Positions 13,780 through 25,876 are shown, counted from the whole stretch's first letter. The stretch: DNA of 63,451 nt, filler included, from Welwitschia mirabilis (GCA_051453625.1; 9 parts of one record of this genome joined end to end with filler, not necessarily neighbours in it); one strand, 5' to 3'. Program-made: numbers and translations. Notes: generated from the letters alone by a model not told the origin.

Positions 13780-16700
13780 TTTCAAATGATACAAGAAATA
13801 GAATGATGGGGTACCACTTAGGAAATAAATAGTTTACTATTATAGTTTTTGATACTACTTAAAAAGACCTAGATTATAAGTGGAATGTTGAAAAATAAAT
13901 TATGCCAACATTATTTTTACAGGATTATCCACTTAAAGATAAATGGTTAATGCTTTACTAGCCTACCTTGTATGATGATCCAGTTGAAGTACAAAACTTG
14001 AAAGCTTTTAATGATGATGAACTCAAACTATGCACATGTTGCAACTGACTAATTTGATTAGGAAATGAAGAAATTTAAACTATAACATGTGAAGAAGTTC
14101 AACATCTAAAGATAACAGAGATTTCATATTTTGAGGGAGATCATCCACCCTTGTCATTCGAATGATTGTTAGATATGATAGTTAACTCTAAGAAAAAATT
14201 AGTAGAAATTAAAAATCTAAATTTAAATCTAAAACCTCTACCTAGTGGACTAAAATATATTTTTATATATAATGATTAGAATAAACTATTAACAATAAAT
14301 CAGAATATTTTTTCTCAAGAAGAATTAATCTTAATCTTNNNNNNNNNNNNNNNNNNNNNNNNNNNNNNNNNNNNNNNNNNNNNNNNNNNNNNNNNNNNNN
14401 NNNNNNNNNNNNNNNNNNNNNNNNNNNNNNNNNNNNNNATAAATCAAAATATTTTTTCTCAAGAAGAATTAATCTTAATCTTACTTTTAAATTCTAAGGT
14501 TAATGCATTTGCTTGAATCCATAAAGATTTAATAGCCATTCCTAGTTTCATTGTTTAACATAAAATCTACCTTGAGGATAATGAAAAACCTATCAGGTAA
14601 CCCTGATTTAGACTAATTTAACTCCTAAATAAATCATAAAAGATGAAACCATTAAATTAATGGATGCTAGAATTATCTATGCCATATTTGATAGTGAGTG
14701 GATTAATCCTTTAACACTAGTATCTAAGAAAGGTGGAAGTGGAGAATGTGTATTGATTTTAGAAAGATAAATGATGTAATAAAGAAAGATCATTGTTTTT
14801 TACCTTTTCTTGACTAAATACTTAATAGGATCTATAGACATGCTTTTTGTTGCTTTCTTGATAGGTATACTGGTTATAATTAGGTTTATATAGCTAGTGA
14901 AAATCAAGCAAAAACAACTTTCACTTCATCTTTTGGAACATTTTCTTGTAGATTCATGTCTTTTGGTGTTTGTAATACTCTTGGTAATTTTTAACATGCA
15001 ATGATGGGTATCTTTTGTAATATTTTAGAAGATTCAATTAAAATTTTTATGGATGACTTCTCAATATTTGGTAAAAACTTTAAACAAATCTCAGAAAGTG
15101 TAGAGAAAGTCCTTAATAGATGCATTAAGAATGGCCTACATTTAAGTTAAGAGAAGAGTTTCTTTTTAGTTGATAATGGAATTGCCTTAGATCAATACAT
15201 TTCTAGTAAAGAAATTAAAATGGACTTGAAAAAGTAAGTATCATTAAAAATCTTAACTCCTCTAATAAATTTAAAACAAATTTGAACTTCCCTTGGTCAT
15301 TATGCTTTTTATCATCATTTTATTTAGGATTATGCTAAAATTTGTAAATCCTTCACTCATTACTTAAAAAAGAAGCTAAATTTCAATGGAATAAATCATA
15401 TTAGCTTACTTTTAAAACACTTAAAGATAAAATCTCTTCAGCACCCATTGTAATAAACCTAGTTAGAATAAATATTTTCAATTAATATGTGATGCTAATA
15501 ATATTACCATGACAGGGCTCTTGGATAAAAGTATAAAAATGATTTTAAAGTTATATCTTATCATAACAAAACTTTATCTAAAGATCAATTGAATTACACT
15601 ACTACTAAGAAAGAAATATTAGCCATAATATTTGCCTTGATACTCTTATATGCTATCTTTTAGGCTTTTATATAAATGTTTATATTGATCATGTTACTAT
15701 TAGATACCTCATGGATAAGAAATTATAGTACTAGACTAATTAGATGGACCCTTTTTATGCAAGAATTTAATCTTACCATAATTAATCAAGTAGGAAAATA
15801 TAATAGTGTAACAGATCATTTATCACATCTTTCTTCTTCTTTTGATGATCTTATGACTAATGATTATTTTTTGGATGAACAAAGTTTTATCATATATTCT
15901 ACTCATTCTCTTCCTTAGTATACTGATATAGTTAATTATCTTATTACCATGAAAACACCATAACATTGGAATTATAATTAAAGAAAATCTTTTCTCCATA
16001 GAATAGGTAATTATGAATGAATAGAGCCACATATTTACCATAAGTGTAAAGTTCAAATCATGAGAAAATATGTGCCTAAATGGGAAAATCAGACATCCTC
16101 TGTCTTTATCTTAGTAATGTCTATGGAGGTTATTTTAGTAGACAAAAAATAGCAATGAAAATTCTTCACTCTAGTTTTTATTAACCTGGTCTTTTTCAGG
16201 ACTCTTTTGATTTTGTTATAAGGTCTGATGCTTATCAATATTATGATAGTTATATTTATTCTCATGATATACCCCTTAAAACTATTCTTGAATGTAAACC
16301 TTTTGATTATTAGGGAATCGATTTTATAAGCCCTATAAAACCACCTTCTAATAATAAGAACTACATTTTAGTAGTTGTTAATTATGTTACTAAATGGGTT
16401 GAAGCTATTCCTATTTTTATGAATGATGCCTAAATTGTTTATACTTTTGCTAAAACTTATATATTTTTCAACATTTTGGTTTTTTTATAAGTACTATTAG
16501 TAATCAAAAAACACATTTTATAAATCATCTTTTTAGAAGACCTTTTTAATCCATTAGAATTGAACATAGAGTAGCTTATGTTTATCATTTACAAGTCAAT
16601 GGTCAAGTTGAAAATGCAAATAGAGAAATAAATAAAATGCTTCAAAAACTTGTCTTTATTAATAAGAAATCTTGGGATTTTTTGCTTAACAATGTTCATT

Positions 16701-17102
16701 GGGCTTCCTATACTATATGGTGTAATTGTCTTGCTTTTTTACCTTATAAACTTGTATACAAAAAAGTTTGTATTTTACCTATTAATGTCTTATCATTATT
16801 CCCATCAACTTAAACTTGTAGACCTTTATGATAATATTAAAAATAGATTAGCTTAACTTAATCACTTACATAAAAAATGTACTCATGCTATGCATCATCA
16901 ACTCATTCACAAAACAAAAGCTAAGTTTAAACATGATAGAAAGTTACTTTATTAAAAGTTTAAATCTTCTCAAATTATTATTTATACAATACTAGAGTAC
17001 ATCTTTTACACAATAAGTTGACATTTAAATGGTTAAGTCCTTATCTTATAGAGAAAGTACATTTTAATTGCTCTATTGAGATTTTAGATGAAAAAGACAT
17101 CT
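13780..17102 (+). pseudogene. Degenerate pol of Athila-like copy C (post-protease linker, RT, RNase H, integrase)
   Basis: WRMCIDFRKIN at ~14740, IFMDDFSIFG at 15043-15072, NYTTTKKEIL at ~15590, NYVTKWVEAIP at ~16380, KWLSPY at ~17027. Confidence 0.92.
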
Positions 17103-17202
17103 NNNNNNNNNNNNNNNNNNNNNNNNNNNNNNNNNNNNNNNNNNNNNNNNNNNNNNNNNNNNNNNNNNNNNNNNNNNNNNNNNNNNNNNNNNNNNNNNNN
17201 NN

Positions 17203-17427
17203 TGTTTGTAAGATAGAGAGTTGATAGAGTTTTGTGAGGCATTCTTGCCTAAATATTATTATTGCCTTGAAGCCTATTCTTGACTTGTAATCTTTAAGAA
17301 GATAATAGAACTCTACACAGTTTTCCTATGGTTTTTTCCCTCATTGGGGTTTTCCACGTAAGCCCTTATCTCTTCGTGTTCTCTTTCTACATTATTTACT
17401 AGCTTTGCTATATGTATTTTCATAATA
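17203..17427 (+). repeat. 3' part of a Ty1/Copia-type LTR inserted in Gypsy pol
   Basis: Contains CCTATGGTTTTTTCCC...GGGGTTTTCCACGTAA, resembling the U5 motif of Tnt1/Tork-like LTRs. Ends CATAATA (decayed CA end), immediately followed by Gypsy IRPDWNKYF codons. Confidence 0.6.
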
Positions 17428-19690
17428 ATAAGACCTGATTGGAATAAATATTTCAAATTAATATGTGATGCTAGTAATACTATCATGGATGGGGTTCTTA
17501 GACAAAAGTATTAAAATGATTTTAAAGTCATATTTCATCATAGCAAAAATTTTTCTAAAGCTTAATCGAATTACATCACTATTGAGAAAGAAGTGTTAGC
17601 CATAATGTTTTACCTTGATAATCTTAGATACTATCCTTTAGGATTTTATGTAATATTTATACCAACCATGTAGTTATTAGATACCTTATGATCAAGAAAT
17701 ATTCTAGTGTAGACTCATTAGATGGATTCTTCTCATTTAATAATTTAATCTTATTATCATTGATAAAGTAGGAAAATATAATAGTATAGTAGATCATTTC
17801 TCACGTCTTTTTTCTTCTTTTAATCATCTTGTTATTGATGATTCTTTTCTAAATGAATAACCTTTTGTCATATCTTTTACTCATCGTCCTCCTTGGTATA
17901 CTGACATAGTTAATTATATTATTATTATAAAAATACCACAACATTGGAATCATAATTAAAGAAAATCTTTTCTCCATAGAATAGGTGGTTATGAATGGAT
18001 AGAGCCACATCTTTATCATAGGTGCAAATACTAAATCATGTGAAAATGTATGCCTAAATGGAAAAGTTTAGACATCCTTCATCTTTGCCATGGTGGTATT
18101 TGTGGAGGTCATTATAGTAGATAGAAAATAGTAATTAAAATTTTTCACTCTGGTTTTTATTGGCTTAGTCTTTTTTAGGATTCTTTTGATTTTGCTAGAA
18201 AGTGTGATGCTTATCAACATTATGGTATTCTTATTCATTCTCATGATATACCCTTTAAATCTATTCTTAAATGTAAATCTTTTGATTATTGGGGACTTGA
18301 TTTTATAGGCCCTATTAAACCACCTTCTAATAATAAGAACTACATTTTAGTTGCTATTGATTATGTTACTAAATGGGTTGAAGCTATTCCTACATTTATG
18401 AATGATGATAGAATTATTTACAATTTTATTAGATCTTATTTTTTTAAATGTTTTGATTTTCCTAAAATTATCATTAGTGATTAAGGAACTTATTTTACAA
18501 ATAATCTTTTTAGCAAACTTCTTTCATTCATTGAAATTGAACGTAGATTAGTTTATTCTTATCATTTAAAAACTAATGTTTAAGCTAAAAATGCAAATAG
18601 AGAAATAAAGAAAATGCTTTAAAAACTTCTTTTCATTAATAAAAAACTTGGGCTTCTAAGATTAATGATGTTTTTTGGGCTTATTATATTACTTGTGTGA
18701 TTCTCGTAGTTTTACACCTTATAAACTAGTGTACAAAAAAATTTGNNNNNNNNNNNNNNNNNNNNNNNNNNNNNNNNNNNNNNNNNNNNNNNNNNNNNNN
18801 NNNNNNNNNNNNNNNNNNNNNNNNNNNNNNNNNNNNNNNNNNNNNNNNNNNNNNNNNNNNNNNNNNNNNNNNNNNNNNNNNNNNNNNNNNNNNNNNNNNN
18901 NNNNNNNNNNNNNNNNNNNNNNNNNNNNNNNNNNNNNNNNNNNNNNNNNNNNNNNNNNNNNNNNNNNNNNNNNNNNNNNNNNNNNNNNNNNNNNNNNNNN
19001 NNNNNNNNNNNNNNNNNNNNNNNNNNNNNNNNNNNNNNNNNNNNNNNNNNNNNNNNNNNNNNNNNNNNNNNNNNNNNNNNNNNNNNNNNNNNNNNNNNNN
19101 NNNNNNNNNNNNNNNNNNNNNNNNNNNNNNNNNNNNNNNNNNNNNNNNNNNNNNNNNNNNNNNNNNNNNNNNNNNNNNNNNNNNNNNNNNNNNNNNNNNN
19201 NNNNNNNNNNNNNNNNNNNNNNNNNNNNNNNNNNNNNNNNNNNNNNNNNNNNNNNNNNNNNNNNNNNNNNNNNNNNNNNNNNNNNNNNNNNNNNNNNNNN
19301 NNNNNNNNNNNNNNNNNNNNNNNNNNNNNNNNNNNNNNNNNNNNNNNNATACATCCTTAACTCTTTTACAAAAATTAAGCTAAGTTCAAACAGAAAAAAC
19401 TTACTTCATAAAAGGTTTAAACCTAGTCAACTTATTCTTTTATACAACACTAGAGTACATCTTTTACACAACAAGTTGACATCCAAATGATTAGATCCTT
19501 ATCTTATAGAGAAAGTACATTTTAATGGCTCTATTAAGATATTTGACTTAGACACTAAGAAGATTCAGAAAGATAATAGATGAAGGTTGAAAATATATGA
19601 AAATGTTTTTGATGCAATCTTGAACATGATAGAAGTGATTATCTTAGAGGTTCCCCTCAATAAGAAGAACTTCCTCCCTATCATTGTCTA
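17428..19690 (+). pseudogene. Degenerate RNase H and integrase (copy D)
   Basis: ICDAS, NYITIEKEVL, HLCHGGICGGH...KCDAYQ zinc finger, WGLDFIGP, DYVTKWVEAIP, ISD*GTYF; no chromodomain recognised. Confidence 0.92.
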
Positions 19691-21416
19691 AATTTTTTCT
19701 TAGCCAATTCCTTTGATGGATGTTATGATATTAATTAATCATCTTTAACTTGACTTATGTATTTGCTTTATAAATTTCCACAACTAGTATTCGTACTTGG
19801 GCATTTTATATTGATAAGATTGGATTCACCTAGTCTTAAGACATTTACATGTTTATGAACTCCATCTTAAAGGAATATGTCTTGGTCCTTGTGTTTTTTT
19901 CAATGATGTGAGGTATTTGATTATTTAGGTATGTACTTTTTTGTCTTTTATCTCACTTCTTTACCTTCATATTTTTGAGTACATATTCATGTGGGANNNN
20001 NNNNNNNNNNNNNNNNNNNNNNNNNNNNNNNNNNNNNNNNTTAATTAATTAANNNNNNNNNNNNNNNNNNNNNNNNNNNNNNNNNNNNNNNNNNNNACAC
20101 ACACACACACACACACACATAAAGAATAATGAACATGATCTATTGTATCTATGCGAAAATACATGGTCACCATGATGTCCTATCATATTGGAATAAATGT
20201 TTTCTAAAAGGAATCTTTGATAATATTGGTAGCTATGGGAACTCCACTGGGGAATTAGTTAGTCATGCTTTACATGTCCTTACTTCTTTGACTATGGTTT
20301 CACTCCTCTCATCATGAAAAGTAATAATAATACTTTGAGATTATGGGATTAGTGGTGTTCCTAGTATCATCAAAGGAATCTATTATTTCTTAGACTCTTA
20401 GTATTCCCATATGATCATTTTACTTTTGAGGATTCATTTGTGTTTTGGAGATGTGAATAGATGAGTTCATTTCTAAGCAACTTCTTATCACTCATTGTTT
20501 TGAGCACTTGATATTTGGTATCATCATAATCACTGCTTTTTTGTGTGCAACTTTATAAAGTTAATACATTTATCATGCATCTTTACTTAGGTGGCTTTAC
20601 GATGTCTTCTATGGGGGTTTTCTAGGTTAAAATTTAGGATAGGTATGCTATTTTTTTTCATGATCCTAGTTGTCCATTTTCATTCCTTTTTTTTGATTAT
20701 TTGATTTATTATTTTAAAGTTATTTTCATAAGTTTTTATTATCATTTTTAAGACCTCATCATTCAATAGTTTTCTTATTATTAATTTTACTTTTACTTAA
20801 TTATTTTATCAATAAATTTAATTTTATTTTAGAATTTTAATTAGCTAATGTTCTTTATGATTTTTATGATGTTCCTTTAAGTATTTTTAACTTTTACATA
20901 TTTTCATAATTATTTATCTATTTGGGCATATTTGTTCAGTTTTTTTATTAAGAGTCATCTTACATAGTGCATTTTCATTATTCTATTTTTTAATCTTTAA
21001 GTTTTTCTCTTTTCTTATTCTTATTCATCATAATTATTTACCATTCCTATCTTTGAGTTTTTTAAAAAATTCTAATACTTTCACATTGATATTTGAGTCT
21101 AACTTATTCAACGGATATTTTCATTTTTATGAAAATTTTCAAAGTCCCATCGTCCACCAGGTTGTTTAGATGATAAGGCTGATGATAGCTAAGATTTTCT
21201 GAGAGTCATCCTATGGTTGTCATCTAGATGACGCAACTAGACAATAGTGTGATAAAACTATAATTATGTTTCTTTTCCATCATTATTCTTCATTTCTAGG
21301 TCATTTTCATCCAGTTCTTTGAGAAATGATCATCACGCTAGAGCTTATCAACATGTTGGATCTTTCACCTGTGAGTTTAGTACCCCAGATTATGAGATTT
21401 AAGCGAATTTGTAAAA

Positions 21417-23200
21417 ATGAGGTATGTTTTTATCTCCCTTATTACTTTTTTGTCCTTTCCATTTTTAGCCTTTCAGTTCATAGCTTTCATGTATATTATT
21501 TAATTTTTCAGGCTTTTTATTTTGATACTTATCAATTTGATTTTTCCCATGTATTTTCTGAGATATTTGAATTTTGTGTATTTCATGAGATATAATTGGG
21601 TTTTTATCTTTAAACATCATTTTCTCAAAGTCCTAAGTTGAAACATAGTTGTCCTTATAGGTAAATTAATTAGTATGATGAGCTCTACACTTCTACTGAA
21701 TTAGATTTTTAATTTGAGCACTTTCATTTTTGATCCTCTGTGGGGTCCACCACCTATTTTACACTTTTTTATTTTTATCATGTTTTGCACTTTTTATTCA
21801 CACAATTAGGCAATATGAAATGTATTAATTCTATTAAGAGGGGAGAAAGATATATTTTCATGATTTTTACACTAAAAATCAATTTATGAGATTGTTTAAA
21901 GCTTTTAGGAAATACATTTAGCAATTTTCACTTGATCTTGTATGATGTGCTTTATGTTTATAAATAATTAGGCAATGCACACAATGAGCTAGATAGGCTA
22001 GGGTAGAGTCTAGTGATTTAGAGTAAGATATGGGCCCATTATTACCACTTGATATTAAGGATGCAAAGCCCATTCATCCTCCACCTCATCAGTTTCGTGA
22101 TTCCATTCTATTAGACAACCTATATCTGAGTTGAGAGGTACTGTAATGATTTTATGATCCAATTAGAGTTGGAGGTAAATTAGAGATAAATTTTTAGCTC
22201 AGGTGGATTTTGAATGCACATAAAGCTCATTACAACTCAAATACTAAAGAGTTTTATGGCACTATACACATTGAGAGGCGATTTAATGCTTGTAACCATC
22301 TCATTGATACAATTATAGCTACCATTTGTGGCTATGAGATATCTATTTTCCTGAGCTACATCACTACTATTATTAACTTAGGTGGCATCAAGAATACACA
22401 CATTTACTTAGTTAGTGGTATTGAAAATCACCGTGCTTGTGACATATCACTAGAAATACCAGCTAATATTACGAGTGATAAGTAGGGAGTTTTGGTGATA
22501 CATTTATCACCTTCCTATAAGATTCTTCACATAGGATGAATTTATAACATCATTCCATCCTTTCATAATAGTCATGTCATGGTAGCTTATTTACACATCT
22601 TGGCAGTATTTAGGTAGGAGAAGGAGATGGACTTATTGACTTTTATTTGGAGGATACTTAGGATGATGATTAAGACTCGATAGCTATAGATTCTAGAATA
22701 TCCATGTCTCCTCTTAGTTATGTTCAGGCACTTTGGTATACTGAGCATATAGGTGAGTAAAGATTCACAAGTCTATAGATATTAGCTTGTTACCTATAGG
22801 ACATGAGCATCTAGATTCCAGGAGTGGCAAAGAGACTTTAGATATAGAGATTTATAGTTGGTATCATCACTAAGTAGATTCAAGCTCTCCTGGTTAACAC
22901 AACATAGGGCCCTAAAGAGGTTGTAGACCAAGGCTTTATTGAACTATAACATAGGATACCCATTATTGAAAAGACATTTAGAATAACGAAGACTAGTTGA
23001 CTAATGTGAAATAGTACATATTACGCATTGAGCATAGTGTAACAGTTGACATCCTAAAGTTAGGTAAAGTATAAAGAGATGAGACTACATACTCCATAAT
23101 AATAGTTCTTGATCATAATTTCCCTATATATCTTGAGCACTCTCAATCTTATTCACCTATACTTGAGTTGATTACACATCAGAAATTTATTTTGACATGA
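21417..23200 (+). pseudogene. Accessory gene (~410 aa) with Transposase_32 (PF20167)-like domain; exon 1 21417-21421, intron 21422-21971, exon 2 21972-23200
   Basis: Motif string KEFYG...ICGYEISI...LSPSYKILH...NIIPSFHNSHV...MDLLTFIW...LEYPCLLLVMFRHFGI resembles Athila-lineage extra-ORF proteins (judged by eye). Splice sites are conserved in three copies. Confidence 0.75.
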
Positions 23201-23713
23201 TGCGGAAAGTGATTTATTATGTTGTATTATATACCTTCCCTTTATGGATTGTATTAAAAAATCATGATTTTATATAGACATCATTTTTGTAGTATTATTA
23301 TTATATCCATTTTTCATTTTTAAGATATTATTGCACATCATATTATTAAGACATTTCATGATGATAAATGTTTATGTTATACATAATTATTTTCCATGAT
23401 ATACTATACATTTAAATGAGGGGATACTAATTCTATTAAGTTTTAATATTCATTTTTCTAAAAAGCTTTTTGTAGGCTTCTATTTTTTAAGAATAATTTT
23501 TGAGCCTGTTGTCCCTGACATCATCAAGTTGGCCACTAGAATAATAGTAAGGTTACTTACTCTGCATAGATGAATTAGCTCTTTTTGACATTTTTATTCT
23601 ACATTGTGAGATTTTTGAAATTATATTAGAGTTATTTTACTATTTCCTAGTTAATTTATCTTTAGTTAGTTTGGCTGAAAATCATGGTTCTTTACTTGAT
23701 TTTATTAGGAATT

Positions 23714-23735
23714 GATAAGACTAAGTGGGGAGCTA
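23714..23735 (+). promoter_or_regulatory. Polypurine tract of copy D
   Basis: GATAAGACTAAGTGGGGAGCTA directly precedes the TGTTGC LTR start; the same arrangement occurs at 40660-40681 and 61952-61970 (minus). Confidence 0.8.
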
Positions 23736-24935
23736 TGTTGCACTACCAAATTATATTATTTGATAGGGTATGTTGAGTATTTTTGTAAGACATTAAATAG
23801 GTTTATACTGAGTTTCAACGATAATAGAGAGCTAAAGCAACTATCATGGAAATATGTAATCTTCGTTACATTTGATAGCATTTTAGAAAAATTACAACAC
23901 TTCCTATCTGAAGTAGTGATCCTATAATTAAAGAGGCTGATCTAACATAAAAAATATCTATACAAAATCTGTTGTCCACTTTATCATCTAGATAATAATA
24001 TAGATGACAAAAGAACTTATGTTGCCTAAGACACTTATTGAACTAATTTAGTAGCTGATGTAGCATCATCCCTTGTGATGTCTAGAAGACTAACAGGATG
24101 ATACCTCACTACAGTGCTTCACCAAACATCACTAAACTTTTGCCATGTGTCTTGTACCTTCTTACGTGGCTATTAGGATTTCACCATATTTGTTAATATT
24201 TTCTATTTTTAGAGTTTTTTTTTTGTAATAAATACCTCTTTTTTCCTTGACCATGAATTCATTTTCTTTAGAACCAAAAATTATTGTGATAGGAAATCGA
24301 AGAACAAGAAATTCATCCTTTATTATTACAGAGAGATGTATTCCTTAGTGTTTGGCTATGTATCCTTCATTGAGATTCTACCATTTTGTAACATGGATGT
24401 TGGTTCTAATATAATCAAAACTCTATTTTTCTTTTCATATCTTTTTTTATGTGCATCTCCCTTATGGTTTATATTGCTTAAGATTTTGTGACAGCTTCAT
24501 CTGTGATATAGATCACAAGGGTAACCTTTATTAAGTTTGATATTTTTAGTTTAGGAGCATTGCATTTCATTTTCTAGATTAACTTTGCATTGTTTTCATA
24601 TTTTTTTAATGCACTTAGAAGCTTAGGTTAGTTTTGGTCTAGTGAGAGATTTCCCTGATTAATCTAGATTATATAGGACTAGTTCCTATGATAAGTTAAT
24701 TTGGTAATTAAATAGATGTTGCATTTAAAATAGATTTTGCATCTAATTTACATAATGAATTTAGTTGCATTGTTTACTTTGCGTTATTATTTTTTTCTAC
24801 TTAAAAAGTGCATAAGTATTTTATTTTAAATTAATTTTCTTTTTTCTTACCAGTTCCTTTAATGGAATTACAACATTTGCATTCACTTTTATCTATATTA
24901 ATGTGTTGTATTATGAAATATATTATAAGATCCTC
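23736..24935 (+). repeat. 3' LTR of copy D, missing roughly its last 35 nt
   Basis: Starts TGTTGCACTACCAA; homology to the other LTRs ends near ATAAGATCCTC. Confidence 0.8.
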
Positions 24936-25407
24936 ATTTTTTAGTAACCAAAAACTTCATGTAATGATGCTTTGATATCAAGATGTAAAACCCACTCTTT
25001 TGAGTTTGAAAGATATTACTTTTGAAGATGTAACATCCATATTTTCAAAATTGAAAAATATTACTTTACTTAATATGGCATATTTTTCAAGTAGTGATGA
25101 ATGTTTCCTCTATTTTAAAGTAACCTAGAAAAATTTCAACATTTGCAAAGAACTACAAATTTCATTTCAAGATAAATTCTCAAGATTTTTTTTTTGTAAG
25201 AGAATCATAGCCAAAATTCATATTTCATTAAAATAATATCTCAAGAAATATGTACATAATCCAATATTTAATGTATTTTTAAGCTAATCATAATATAATA
25301 AAATTCAACATTTTCAATAGGTATACAAGTCTCACTCTAAATAATTTTACAACATCAACCTTATGGTTATGAAATGAGAATAATCAATATTTTTCTCATA
25401 TTTCAAT

Positions 25408-25585
25408 TACTTCACTGCCTCATTTGGTAATCTGTGATTCTCATATAATATTTTCACATTTTACTTATTTCATTACCTCATTTGGCAATCTGTGAAGCCA
25501 CTGCCTCATTCAATAATCTGTGATTCTCATGTATGTATGTGTGTATATATATCACATCTCATTCACTTCACTACCTCATTTAGAT
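25408..25585. repeat. Short degenerate tandem repeat, unit core CACTGCCTCATTTGGYAATCTGTGA, about 4 copies
   Basis: Copies start at ~25413, 25471, 25499 and 25569 (last one partial). Confidence 0.8.
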
Positions 25586-25876
25586 TACAAGAATCGGAAT
25601 TTTCGATGTGGTTGAGACTATTGAGCTAGTAGGATTTTCTCATCACTCTGCATACTGATGTGTCATTCTCAAGCTTCTTTTAGTAGTTGGTCCTTGTGTG
25701 ATGGCGTGTCGTAAGCTCATTGGGTCTTGTGTAGTGGTGTAGCTTTTTCCTTTTGCTCTTGCGCAGCGTCGTGATGTGTATTGAGTGACTTTATTTCTAG
25801 TCGCTTTTTAAATTTAGCTTTTTTAATTAATCTGGCTATTAGCATATTTTTAAGTTTATGACAGCAGACTTCTAGC

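Larger units (their letters stand above)
17428..24935 (+). mobile_element. Athila-like copy D, 3' half (RNase H, integrase, noncoding region, accessory gene, PPT, 3' LTR)
   Basis: Complete 3' architecture visible. It spans a linker gap at 19997-20096, so the two sides could derive from different copies. Confidence 0.85.

Noticed and set aside
20097-20119. (CA)n microsatellite, also (CATTC/G)n at ~52612-52648 and a 15-bp duplication at 26934-26969
   Set aside because: Ordinary slippage repeats with no sign of function.
21326-21595. Phe-rich 89 aa ORF, with similar frames at ~35100 and ~8600 minus, as a transmembrane env subunit
   Set aside because: It lies mostly in the T-rich putative intron, which itself yields hydrophobic codons, and the homologous frames contain stops. 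Splicing explains the conserved ATGAG|GT better, though a coding role is not fully excluded.
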